DNA of 64,000 nt, taken from contig NC_058368.1 of the NCBI RefSeq assembly GCF_018350175.1, positions 100,132,001 through 100,196,000 on the forward strand, in the 5' to 3' direction. Below are positions 1 to 13,048 of this stretch, one piece after another. Made by a program: the position numbers and the translations under genes. The first letter of the stretch is position 1. Every line of letters begins with the position of its first letter. The notes below the pieces were generated by a model. It had not been told where the DNA came from. It worked only from the letters and a program-made list of their open reading frames with translations, and did no database searches. The stretch is from Felis catus. Taxonomy: Eukaryota.

Positions 1-2995
1 CTATGAGATTTCAGAGAGAAAAAAATTGTTCATTATTACAAACAAAACATAGCGAATAATTAGATGATAGAAATTGTGGGTAAAATTACTATGTAAAAAT
101 ATAAAGATTTCCTGGAAACAGGCAATGGATTCTTGTGGATACTTGTGGATTCGTATGTTATAGTACTGTTGGGAGACTGAATCCTAGCCTCAAAGGTCAA
201 GACATCTTTAATGCAGACTGCAGTCTAAATAATTATGAGGCTACTAACATGGCATATGGAAGGAGTCAATAAATTATTTTCTTATTTAGTCCTTTTTTTC
301 AGAGTCTTTATTAGTTTAAAAGCCAATCTCTTTCCAGCACTCCACATTCTTGGGATTATTTCTATCTCCTTTTTAAAAAATATTTTATTTGGAGTTTGGT
401 AAGGCTGGATTATGTTTTTTGTTTAAATTTTATTAATGAATAACTTTGACCAGCTAATCACTATATGTGAATTTTTGTGGTTATTCAGATACGAGATCCC
501 TTGAGGTTCAAAAATATTGAGTGTTAAATCAATACTTATGAGTTATTCGGGAGTGTTTAAGGGTAATGGGAGGAAGGAATATTTACATAAGGAATAAGCA
601 AGAAAGTTTAGCCTCCTAATTGAAACTTTTTTTTCTCAAAATCAACCAAATAGTAGGCTTTATATTTAAGAGGCAGACATTTCAAGGATTGAAAACATAG
701 TTTTAATTATTAGTAACACATACATGCATATAGCTATTTATTTTAACTTATTTTTTTAAAATAAAATATGGTCATGAAAAACAATAGTGCTAAAAAAAGA
801 AAAATTTCAGACATGTACTTATAGTTGTTAAAAATGAAATAAAGTGGACCTAAAGGGAGATAATGACATTTTTAATACTTCTTGAGGTTAGGAGACAGTT
901 GTTGTTTTTTAATATCCCAAGGCCTAGCATGTAAGCACCTGGCATGTAATTAGGCCCTTGAATGATGATGGATGGACAGACAGATGGAAAGCTCCATGAA
1001 TGATAGTAAATGTCTTCTCATATGTGTCCAAAGGCCATGCTATAATTTTTACAAGGATAAGAATCTCAATGGCCTTGATCTGTAGATGCCAGTCTGGCTC
1101 AGTATTAATACTGACAGTAGTTTTGTTGTGTTTTTTTTTATGCAAGTATATTAAAATATCTCTATTAGAAAAGATAATAATTTGAAAGGATCACTCTACA
1201 GTCTTAAAACTAAAAAACGCAACATAAGGCAAAGAGGTACATCAAAGAAGCTATTCCGTAGCTCAGATACTAGCTCAGTAAAAGTTCTGGGTCTCTATCA
1301 AGCCGCATTCTCTGTTGGTAAGCGTGTGCCCTGGTAGAGGAGGATCACATCGGCGCCTGGACGATGGTCCATCTCTAGCCCCTCTTGCCACGCTAGGCAC
1401 TAGTGAATAGGGAACGATTCTTAGTAGTTGGTGTTGACTTTACGAGTCTATGACGTATGATATACGTGACATAACAGTGAGGGATGCCACCTCACTTTTA
1501 AATTCTACCAAACATGTCCTGGCACTGGAAATCCCTTGCTTGAGATTTGAATACTGGTTCACGTAGGAAGACTTCTGCCTGAGCACCACTAACTTAAAAG
1601 TGTCATTTGATTTCTCTCTGCACCTTTTGGATCTAGGGGGGAAAAAAAGGAATCTTCCAAATTTTGTTGTGGCACATGGTTTCACAGTTTGAAAATAAAA
1701 TCACAGCTGTCTCATGGTGCAGCACAGCCCTTCGTTGTATAGAAAGTATTCTCTTTCCCTTATTCACCAACCCCTCAAGTATGTAGTGTTACATGCTTTG
1801 CTAATTTGGTTTACACTTCAGACACACAGGAAAAAAAAATGTATGATTGATTCCTGGATGACCTGATAATGTTCCTATATCCAGATATGATGTTTTCTCT
1901 TCTGGATAATTAAAAAAAATTTTTTTTAGCATTCTTCATTTTAAAGCATTCTTCATTTTCTACATTTAAAAAATGTAGAAAAGTTGAAAATCCTAAGATG
2001 TTTTTCATCAATTTTTTTTTAAAGTATTTGAGAGACAGTTGTGGTTTTGGGGACTTGTTTGTATGATTTTTATGTCAACAAGGAAAATATTTTTAGCTAA
2101 CAGGTCCATATACTTAAATGCATACATAGTATCTCTGAATGTATCACATCTATCATCAGAATGACTTTCCATTCACACAGTCGTCCTCCGTATACCAGTC
2201 CCCAGAATGGTGATTCTAAGAATGCCACTTAAAAGGTCTCTGCCCATAGGAAAAATAAAGAATTGAGGCAGGAACAGTGAATGTCAGACAGGAATTGGGC
2301 ATCTCAGTTACTTAATTTGTTCCAAAACAAAGCTGACTTAAGTCAGAATGAAATGGTACACTTAAACAGAAAGACAGGAGTTTACTAATTTTAAAATGTA
2401 AACATAAATTTTATATAGGGATGTAACTATCTGAATACATATGTTGTCATTTCTCTGCTATATAATAATATTTCTTGACACCAATGGTAATATGTTTGGT
2501 CCTTCCTCAGCACCAGATGTGTCCATATCTATTCGCACAGTAGGAACCTCCTTTCTAAACGGATCTATGCTAAGACATATACAAGCCAGTTATTGCTATG
2601 GTTTACTGAAGTTTCAGCACTTAAGAAAATTCTCAGTTCATAGTAATTTTGGCTCATTCACTGAAATGTTATTTTCCCTTTTACACTGTAATTTCTGAAG
2701 GAGCCTAAGAAATTTGGATTTCCTTGAAAGGGCCACGTGTACATCTACAGAATGGAAACACTGTGTTCATTCGCAAGGTAATACAAATAATAATATTAAA
2801 AATGTCCCAAATAATGCCAATTTAAATGTCCAAAATCCAGTTATGTGCTTGGGTGTAAAAGAGTCCAAAAAAAAATTCTTTTGTTGTTTTCTGTTCTGTC
2901 TTTGAAAATATATAAGTCCTACTGAAGTTAATCTATTTTTTCCCACTTGAGAACACCAGGCACTGATTTATCCATTGGGAGTTTTGGCTTGCTTT
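1..2995 (-). other. LOX: LOX 3'UTR (exon 7); distal end not determinable and may run past the window edge
   Basis: AT-rich, SINE-free sequence after the stop; minus-strand AATAAA candidates at 737-742, 429-434 and 384-389; LOX is known to have a long 3'UTR with alternative poly(A) sites. Confidence 0.7.
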
Positions 2996-3002
2996 CTAAT
3001 AC
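2996..3002 (-). CDS. LOX: Lysyl oxidase exon 7 coding part (end of P codon, Y, stop)
   Basis: ttttgttttcttaatctag|G TAT TAG completes the canonical C-terminus ...CTISPY*; total CDS 1248 nt divisible by 3. Confidence 0.92.
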
Positions 3003-3791
3003 CTAGATTAAGAAAACAAAATAAGACAAGTTATTAACTTGATAATATTATGAATGAGTACAGTAGACACGTTTAAAGTTGACCCTTTAAAAAAAAAATC
3101 TGTAGCAATTTCTCTCCACCTAAGCAACAGTCACCTTATGAAGTTACCCATGAATACACTCTTTTAATACTGATTTGAAGGAGGTGACTTTGTTAGTAGC
3201 TTTGTTAATAGACAGCGTATGTCTGGTATCTACAGACTTGATGTGTAGAGGTAAAAGAAACAGCCTCTAAAAGAACGGAGAGTAAAGCAGGCCTTATGGG
3301 ACCAGAAGCCCTGCCCAGATGAGTTCACTCCAGGGAGCAAGTACAGTATGTCCACCTAGACGCAGGGTCTTGGCCTCTGCACTGTCCCACGTTACTCTTC
3401 TCTCAGCCCAGTTTTGGATGTAGAATGATGCATTCATAGGCAGATACAGGGTCAAAGCCAATCAATGAAATACAGTATTTATACTATGATCACAGATCCC
3501 CACATAAAGAAAATAAGCAGTCTTAAGTCACAGACCGTCAATTTCCAGGTACTAAGTTTTGTGAGTGGAGAACTTAATCACAGTATCATGAAACTGAACT
3601 GGGCCACAGTCACTGGGTCCATACATTTTGTTTACAGTGAGGACAATGAGGGAGAGAGGCTATATCAAAGGCATACCCTGTCTTACTGGGTAGTTTTTAC
3701 CCACCAGTGGAATACTCTCCAGTGTTTGATTAGCATGAAAAACAATCAGTGAACCGAGAGATGATATGTCTTTAAAGAGTTAAAAACGGTA

Positions 3792-4020
3792 GGGATTCCG
3801 GGGTGGTGGCTCAGTCAGTTAAGTGTCTGACTCTTGATTTTCATTCAGGTCATGATCTCATGGTTCATGAGATTGAGCCCACATCAGACTCTGTGCTTGG
3901 GATTCTCTCTGCCCCTCCCTGCTTGTGAATGTGCATGCATGCATGAACTCTCTCTCCCAGTCTCACTCACTCTCTCTCTCTCTCAAAATAAATAAACATT
4001 TTTAAAAAATTATTTTTTTA
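3792..4020 (+). mobile_element. Carnivore SINE (SINEC), LOX intron 6
   Basis: GGTGGCTCAGTCAGTTAAG A-box head, (CT)n, AATAAA/A-rich tail. Confidence 0.9.
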
Positions 4021-4742
4021 AAAGTTAAAAAAGTACTATAACATTACGAAGGGAATCAGGTGCAGTGCCACTTACAAGCCACCAGACTGACCCCATGGCT
4101 TTAGGCAAGTTACACTCCTTGATCAAGGAACTTCAAAGACTCCCCATGGCCTTCAGAATGAAGTTCAAACTTTCTGGCTTCCTCTTCAGTGATCCCTTTG
4201 ATCTGGTCCCAATTTAGCATCCTTTTAGCCCAGTTCTTAACCCCATGAAACACATGCCTTAGCCACACAAGAAGACTTGGTTTTCCAAATCTGTCCTACA
4301 GTTTCTTCCTGCCATGGGGGGGACCAGTGATATTCACTCCTCTTGACATGCCCTTCCCCAACTGTCCCCTGCAGCTCAGTCCTCGTCAACCTTCAAGGCC
4401 TAGTTCAAATTCTTTCCTAAAGCCAGTCCTGAATCTCAGCTAGAGAAGATGGCTCCTTCCTCTGAATGCTTATCCCTAGCAAGGGAGACCAGAAGCAAAA
4501 GTCCTAACAAAGGAGGCAGGCATCATTCATCTGAAGGCAAGGCTTCCTCTCTCGAGTCACGGTCTCTGCACATCTCCCATTATTATCCACCCCTCGAGAA
4601 GTACCATCTTGTTATCTGATTACATATCACTGTAGATCATTTCACCTTCTCATATTTCCATCTATCTGATCAATACTACTTATTAAAATTTTACCTCAAC
4701 CAGTTTTGCAATTTAGTTACAGTCAATGACAACTGGTTTTAA

Positions 4743-4744
4743 AA

Positions 4745-4828
<84 letters not shown>

Positions 4829-4830
4829 AG
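4743..4830 (+). repeat. (GAAA)n microsatellite
   Basis: About 20 perfect AAAG units. Confidence 0.97.
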
Positions 4831-5529
4831 GAAAAATAAAACAACTCTGTGCTGGAGCAATATAAAGGTTTTTTATTTGTTTCAAACACCTGGCGATAAC
4901 CAATTCAATAGATTCTACTGATGAAAATCAAGACACACTCTGTGCTACAACAGTCACATCTCCAGACCCATTCTTAGCACAAGGTCAGCCTTTGTACCTG
5001 CAAAGTCACCTGGCTTGTAGCAGAGATCCTTCTGTTTCCCTGCATTTTATTTTACCCCTTGTGGAATTTTCAGAGTGTAGCTCTCCTATAGTTCTATGTG
5101 TCTTTCTCTGAGCCTCTCAATTCCACATCCTAAATTCCCTGAAAAAGAGGGTCATTTCTCTACTATCCAAGCATTGAATGAGAGGCTACTTGGTGGCAGG
5201 TTTGTACCTGGGTACATATAGTGATGGACAAGAGACTGCATCCCAGCCATGACGGGACAGATAGGAGACAGACATTACACAGCAGATTCACATGTAAAGT
5301 AATTGAGAATTCCTGTCATACAGTTCCAAGGGCACACAGTAAAGGGTTAGAAACCGTATTTATCTTTGCATTAGTCTTTAATAGCTAGTTTAGGACCTCA
5401 GTGAATCCACAGTGCAAAAGCAAGAATGCCAACAAATAGAGAATGAGTGAATAAGGAATCATAAAAATTGAGAGAAATTAATCTATGCATTTTACACTAT
5501 TTTAGTTTAGCTTAAATTACACTGATGTG

Positions 5530-5736
5530 GGGGCACCTGGGTGGCTCAGTCGGTTAAGCATCCGACTTTGGCTCAGGTCATGATCACACAGTTCATGAGT
5601 GAGTTCAAGCACTGCATTGGGCTCTGTGCTGACATCTCAGACCTGGAGCCTGCTTCAGATTCTGTGTCTCCCTCTCTCTCTGCCCCTACCCCAGTGCTCT
5701 GTCTCTCTCTCAAAAATAAGCATTTTTTTTTCTTTT
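5530..5736 (+). mobile_element. SINEC with 15-bp TSD
   Basis: GGGGCACCTGGGTGGCTCAG head; TSD AATTACACTGATGTG at 5515-5529 and 5737-5751. Confidence 0.95.
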
Positions 5737-7061
5737 AATTACACTGATGTGCTAAGGATTTTCAGTTATCCTTTGATGAACTCCATACAATATGGGCCAT
5801 ATGCCCAGCCAGGTTTTCTGCACCGTGGGCATGTTCCCAAGAATACATTTGATTATCTTTTCTCGGTGCCGTCCTTGTGCCGTCCTAGGCTGCATGTATC
5901 TGTAAAGCCGTGGTGCCGTTTGTAAAGCACAGGCTCGGCTCCCTTACAGAATAAGGAAGGGGCTCCCTCTCAGGTGAATACAGCCTGAGCCATAGCACAC
6001 GGCCCACAGCATGGAACGTGGGCTGCTCTGAACCCCACACCTCCTCTGGCCAGGAGCCCAGGTGTGGGGGAAAGCCTGCACAACTGGGTTTGGGTAGGTC
6101 TGGGAAATCCCACAAAGCACAGATTTACGTGGGGCCAACCAACCACTGTCCTGGGCTGTGTATCAAGGAGAAAGGGGTATTAAGTGTGAGTTTCCAGTGC
6201 AGCTCTGTGACACGTTTCCACAGTGGCCCAGTGGCACTGGTGCCTCTCCCAGCTGGACACTTTCAGTATCATTCCAACGGTGTTTGTATTACTGGGAATG
6301 TAGCACTCCCAGGTCGCACAGGTGATGGTTCGGGTCCTTAAGCCAGTACCGCCAGAGCAGGCAGGGCTTAAGGGATCGCGTAGGGCAGAGACCAGCAGGC
6401 CAAACTCCCTAACCTTCCTTCAGTTACTTTCATCACAGCACCACCCCTGTTAATATTTATGTGCTGGGAGTCCCTCTGAGCTTGCATTCAAAGAAGAGTT
6501 TCGGGGCTAGGAAAAGTATGCAGGAACTTCCACACACGCCTCCCTTCCTAGGATATTTCTCTAGTACTTGTGGTTTTAGAACTCAAATTTGTAAAATCTT
6601 GGTTTTGTACAGAACAGGCGGTCTGACCTCTTCGGTGGAGTGCTTTAAGGCAGTGATTTCCAAAATGTACTTTAAAGAACTCTAAGAATTTCTTCAGGGC
6701 TGCTTCATGGACTCTGGTGAAGATTGAGGAAATCCAACTGTTTGGGATCCCCCAAGGTCACCCACACTGCATACGGCCTGTTTTACATATTCATCCGCCC
6801 CAGGGGCTTTGCGGGTAAACAGTCTGTTCTGTGTGTATATCCTGTCCTGCACACTCAGCTTTAGGATGATAAAAACCAGAGGACATCTGCCCTCCCCCTT
6901 CTCCACCATCATTAAAGGAAGATCAACCCTAATCACGGGATAGCACAGACTGCTTTCCAGGCAAGCTGCGGTAGTAGTAGAAAGAGACACATGTATAATG
7001 CCTGTCACTGAGCTAAAACGCTTTGAGAACAGAATCAACTAAGCTAGGCAGTTAGGACTCA

Positions 7062-7178
<117 letters not shown>

Positions 7179-7422
7179 CTAGGCAATGTAAATATCATCC
7201 GTGTTTCAGATTTCATCAGCAGTGTTTGCTGGTTAATAGCTTCCTATTTCCACAAGGCTACAACAAGGAAATGCATCAACTTCATCAAGCAGGGCGGGGG
7301 GTTAAAAAGTGAGGCAAGTGGTAAAACTCTGGAGAAGTTACAGAAGGCGGCCATATATTTTTCACTGAAGTTCTTAAAATAACTTTTTCATATACGTATG
7401 TTGGTTTAGAAATATTTCCGTA

Positions 7423-7751
7423 TGCCTAGGTGGCTCAGTTGGTTAAGGGTCAGACTTTGGGGCTCAGGGTTCCAGCCCCATGTTGGGTTCTGTCCTGACA
7501 GCTCAGAGGCTGGAGGCTGCTTTGGATTCTGTCTCCCACTCCCCTGCTCACTCGCTTTTGCTCCCTCTCTCTCTCGCTCTCTTGCTCTCTCTCAAAAATA
7601 AACATTTAAAAAAAGAAATATTTTGGGGTGCCTGGGTGGCTCAGTTGATTAATCGTCCAACTCTTGATTTCCACTTAGGTCATGGTCTCACAGTTTGTGA
7701 GTTTGAGTCCCACATCAGGCTCTGTGCTGATAGTGTGGAGCCTGCTTGGGA

Positions 7752-7800
<49 letters not shown>

Positions 7801-7940
7801 CCTCTCCCTCTCCCCCCTCCCTCCCTCCCCCTCTCTCCCTCTGTCTCTCTCTGCCCCTACCAGACTGTCTCTCTCTGTCTCTCTCTCAAATAAACTTAAA
7901 AAAAAAAAAAAAACAAACAAAACAAAACACTTTTTAAAGA
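7423..7940 (+). mobile_element. Two tandem SINECs in LOX intron 5, second with expanded (CT)n
   Basis: Heads at ~7423 and ~7625; AGAAATATT repeated at the flanks and junction. Confidence 0.9.
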
Positions 7941-8027
7941 AATATTCCTATGAGATATATAATTGCTTGCAGGGTTGTGATTATTTAACATTGGATTCAG
8001 AAGGGGAGGTCCATTGAGTTGCAATCA

Positions 8028-8162
<135 letters not shown>

Positions 8163-8689
8163 CTAGAAGAAAGAAAATTTAAAGATTTTTTAAAAAGATG
8201 GTATAAGGTTAGAACATGTTAAAGGATGTGTTTAGTAGTTGCAAATTAAATTTTAAATGAGTACTTACAAGAGTTTGACATAAAGCTATACTTCTATCAC
8301 ATTTCCTTTGAGAAGTATATATTACCCAGCCTTATAGAACCTCCAGCTAAAAAAACACAGGACTAATATAAGTAGTAGTACATCTAGCTTCTTGCACGTG
8401 TCATCAGTTACCAGTGATAAATACACTCTAAGTGACAGGACAGGCCTCCACCAAAATTCTAGAATATCACCAGTTCAGCGATAAAGGCCATGTAATAATC
8501 CCCTTAACTCACACATCCTCAGCTCAACTAGCCTTTCCAGTCTCTGTTGGAATTACCCTCCTTCACTCTGAGTGCCCGGATTTTATAGTGTTTGTGCTCT
8601 CATGCTCTACATTATAATTGTACTGTATAACAATATATCTCACTAGAGATTAGAAGCTCCTTTAGGGTGGTGTCTATGTTGCATTTTTG

Positions 8690-8935
8690 AGTAGCTAACA
8701 TTTATGAAGTATGTATCATGTGCCAGGACCAATCTAAAACATGTTACATCTATAAATTCAATGTTCACAACGACAGGAGGACAGGAGCTGTTATTATCCC
8801 CACTTTACAGATGAGGAACATGAGGCACTGTAAGGTCAGTTAAGTCACTCAAGGGTATATAGCTGGTAAGTGGCTGAGATGGTTTTGAGTTTAGGCATTC
8901 AGGAGTCCAGGATCCCTATTCTTAGCCAGCACATT
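8690..8935. mobile_element. MIR-like SINE relic
   Basis: TTATTATCCCCACTTTACAGATGAGGAA core, characteristic of MIR. Confidence 0.75.
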
Positions 8936-10016
8936 ATTCATTCTCTCTCTCTTTCTGTCTCTCTCTCTCCCTCCCTCTCTCTCACATTGTCACTGAAATA
9001 TTTTATTAAATTAAAGGGATGAATGTATGCCTCAATGAATGAATACCACATCACTCGAGTTGCTAAGATATTCACTTCAATGAGGAAATGAGTGCCTTCT
9101 ACAGGCCTGGAGGAGGAGAATTCCAATAAGATACAGTCCTTGCTCTCCAGAATGTTACAGTCTAGGGAAATCTGTTCAAATTGGAGTCCATAGGTATATT
9201 CTGGATGCAATTAGCCCCTTCTTGAGAAGATTTAACTGTTGTATTTTCATCCGAATACTAAAGTAAATTTTAAAGCATATGTTGGAATCATTTTAACTCA
9301 CTGTTGCCACTGAATTTCAGCACCCAAAATTTCTTTGGTGCTTAAGATCACCTTGTTACCAAAAGAGCTTTAAGAGCTCTGAAACTGGTACATCAGCTGG
9401 CAGAATTTAAGTGATTAACTTTGATTATTTGAACTAGCACACCAAGAACAGGAATTTTTAAGGCCATTAAAAAAACAAACAAACAGGCATTTCACATATT
9501 CAAAGTCAAACTGTAAACACAAATGAAATGTAGAACCTTAGCCAACATTGTCTAAATTCGCCGTTTGGTTTTAGCAAAAGAGAACCATTGGTTACATTAA
9601 ATTAATGAAGTTAATTTAACTGTTTCTAGTTTCATGTGTGTTGAACATGTAAATTTATTATCTAAGAACTTACGAGTTAGACCAAAGTATAGATATAAGG
9701 AAGTTATATCTATTTTTATGTTTGGGTACATTTAAACTACATTAAAATACAACTAGTCTAAGTTATCATTGGGGCTTTGTCAGAATTTTTTTCCCCCTTT
9801 AAATAAAGTCTGTGTTGAAGAAACATCAGTCTAGTGAAAAACACGAATACAAAAATCACTTGTAATACAAGACCTGGTGAACAGTGTTTAAACAGGATAT
9901 TCAACATGGAAAGTAACTGATAAGAAAGCTACCATAAATAATGAAATGGGGTCACCCCAAGGAGTTGGAAGACTAGAAGTCTTATAAATACCTACAGACC
10001 TAAATTCAGATATTTC

Positions 10017-10239
10017 TTTTTTTTTTTAATTTTTTTTCAACGTTTATTTATTTTTGGGACAGAGAGAGACAGAGCATGAACGGGGGAGGGGCAGAGAGAG
10101 AGGGAGACACAGAATCGGAAACAGGCTCCAGGCTCTGAGCCGTCAGCCCAGAGCCTGACGCGGGGCTCGAACTCACGGACCGCGAGATCGTGACCTGGCT
10201 GAAGTCGGATGCTTTACCGACTGCGCCACCCAGGCGCCC
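10017..10239 (-). mobile_element. Young felid SINEC_Fc-type insertion, LOX intron 4, 18-bp TSD
   Basis: CpG-intact body; TSD CCTAAATTCAGATATTTC at 9999-10016 and 10240-10257. Confidence 0.96.
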
Positions 10240-11160
10240 CCTAAATTCAGATATTTCGACAGAGAGCTTTCCAGAGTGCCTCTTTTCCTACATGGAGGGA
10301 ATAAACTCCAGGTGCCGTGCACAGGCAGGTGGCTACTGTGGGGCCGGAGATTGCCGAATGAAAAGGGAACCTCTCTGCCCACATATGTGTAATGTGTGGG
10401 TAGGTTACATCTTTTATTTGAACAATAAGTGCTGCCTCCAGGGCATGTAGAATTGAACCTTTTGCCCCCTCCAATTGCTATGGTGTTTTAAGCTCAGAGA
10501 AAGAAGCAGTGGTGACATTTAGGTCACCAAAAAGCTTCCTGCCACAGCCCTAGAATTTACTCCCCAAGATCCCAGCTGCTCATCCCCTTGTGCCCTGCCT
10601 GATGTACATTCACTACTCCTTGCCAAGATTCGGGCTAGAGTAAAATTATAATGTCCTTTTACAAATGAGGGCTTCTTATGGAAATACTGGCCTGGCTTTT
10701 AACTGACACACATTTTCCCGTTATAAGGCATACACACTGCTGAGGTCAGCACTATTTTTAAAAATCCATCCAAGGGACATCTGACATCAATTATACTGTA
10801 GGTTTAAATATATATGCGTGGAGAAAGAAACTGTGTCCTTCTATTCTTATTTTCATGCTTAAAAGAGACTGATTTTGAGGAGCTTTTCAAGAAACAGGTT
10901 TCTCTTTGTTGGCAAGCCCCAATCACCATTCTGTCGCTAACTTAATAGGTGGAGGGAGGAATGGTTTTGAAGGGGAGAACACAGAGGTGTCTTTTCCACA
11001 GTTACTTACCAAGCCAGTTACAGAATACAGAATGAGTGCAGATACTGGAAACCATTTGGCTTTTTTCAGAGGCTAAACCACTACTTTTCATCGTGGAGCA
11101 TAGCGATTATGCACATTGACCTTCTGTGATGAGGAAATGCTTTAAGAATAATTCAGATCA

Positions 11161-11457
<297 letters not shown>

Positions 11458-11517
11458 TTAGACGAATTCCCCACTGCCTCCCACACTTGTTTTCTCATTA
11501 AAATTGAGATCAAGTTT

Positions 11518-11618
11518 GGGGTGCCTGGGTGGCTTAGTGGGTTGAGCATCCGACTCTGATCTCACATTTTGTGAGCCCCATGTCAGGATCTGCACTGACA
11601 GTGCAGAGCCTGCTTGGG

Positions 11619-11663
<45 letters not shown>

Positions 11664-11680
11664 AAATAAACTTAAAAAAA
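11518..11680 (+). mobile_element. SINEC (internally deleted), LOX intron 3
   Basis: GGGGTGCCTGGGTGGCTTAG head, (CT)n, A tail. Confidence 0.9.
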
Positions 11681-11711
11681 GAAACTTATAGAAATTGAAA
11701 TAAAGTTTACC

Positions 11712-11920
11712 TTTTTTTTTTAATGTTTATTTTCGAGAGAGAGAGAGACAGAGTGGGAGCGGGTGGGAGGGGCAGAGAGAGACAGAGACAGAATCTGGAG
11801 CAGGCTCCAGGCTCTGAGCTGTCAGCACAGAGCCTGACGTGGGGCTCGAACCCACGAACCATGAGATCATGACCTGAGCTGAAGTCCAACACTTAACTGA
11901 CTGAGCCACCCAGGCACCCC
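11712..11920 (-). mobile_element. SINEC, tail-to-tail with the preceding copy
   Basis: Reverse-complement SINEC ending ...CTGAGCCACCCAGGCACCCC. Confidence 0.93.
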
Positions 11921-13048
11921 AAGATCAAGTTTATCTTAAAGCCAGATTCATGCTCCTTTCCCTCCCCACCCCAGGGACAGCGATCTAACTTTGCTTTTAG
12001 GAAAAACAGACTTATTTTGAGCATTTTGCTTTCCTATTATACCCTGTTTCATCTTTGAATATTTAATAGAAATAGACATTAAACTATCTGTGTTTAAGTA
12101 GGCCTTGCCATATGCTCTCTAGTATATTTCTTTTGGCTGCCAGTACTCATGTTTCATTCCAAATAAAAGAAGAGCACTCTTGGGAGGTTTCTGTGAGTTT
12201 TTAAAAAAGTGAGTTCTCACGTATTTAAACCTTTACTCAAATACAAAGGAGAAATAATGGTGTGTTTTCCCCACCACTGTTATTTAACTAGTGTAAACTT
12301 TTATTTATAAGTAAAATAATTCTCCTTGATCAGAAAATTGGGTGTTCATATCTGTTTTTCTCATCTTGTTAAGGGAAAGGTGCTGAGCTGTTTATCTTCT
12401 CACAGAAGGAAAGAACAAGAAAAAAAAAACACGTTCAAATTGCAGAAGGTTTAAGGGGCATCCTTCAGGATTTCCTGTCATTAAATACCTGGGCAAGTTA
12501 CCAAGGCGAATTATAGAATTGCCTAATGTAAGGATCTTTAAATTCAGGACAGAACTGGCATTTACCCTCGGTTTGATACAGGCCTTGTAAAACAGAGGTC
12601 AGTCCTTGTCACCTCATGGAGTATATCATCTCTTTCTTTGCAATTGGCATATAAATCCTTCTACTAACAACTTGCGGTCTTTCTGAAATGTTATCTCACT
12701 GTAGATGATCTTGGCTGTTGTTAACAAGTTTTTTGTTGTTGTTGTTATTGTTGTTTTTAGAAATCTTACCTGTAGTATGTTGGAATAAAATTCTCATGAA
12801 GCCCACTGTTGTATCCTATAGCAGTTTTAATCAGCTGGACTTAGAGTTTCCATTTTAAAAGATAAAAGGATCTTGTAGCTAATGTATTTTCTTAAATACA
12901 GATTCCCTTGATGAGGTCACATTACACAGAGAAAATTCTAAATGTAAAATACCCAACAGCAGTGTTCTCCCTCTTCTATAAAAACTAAACCTTGGCATTT
13001 TTCACCTCCAGGACCACCTGAAAAAGGAAAAAACAACTCACAAGTACC

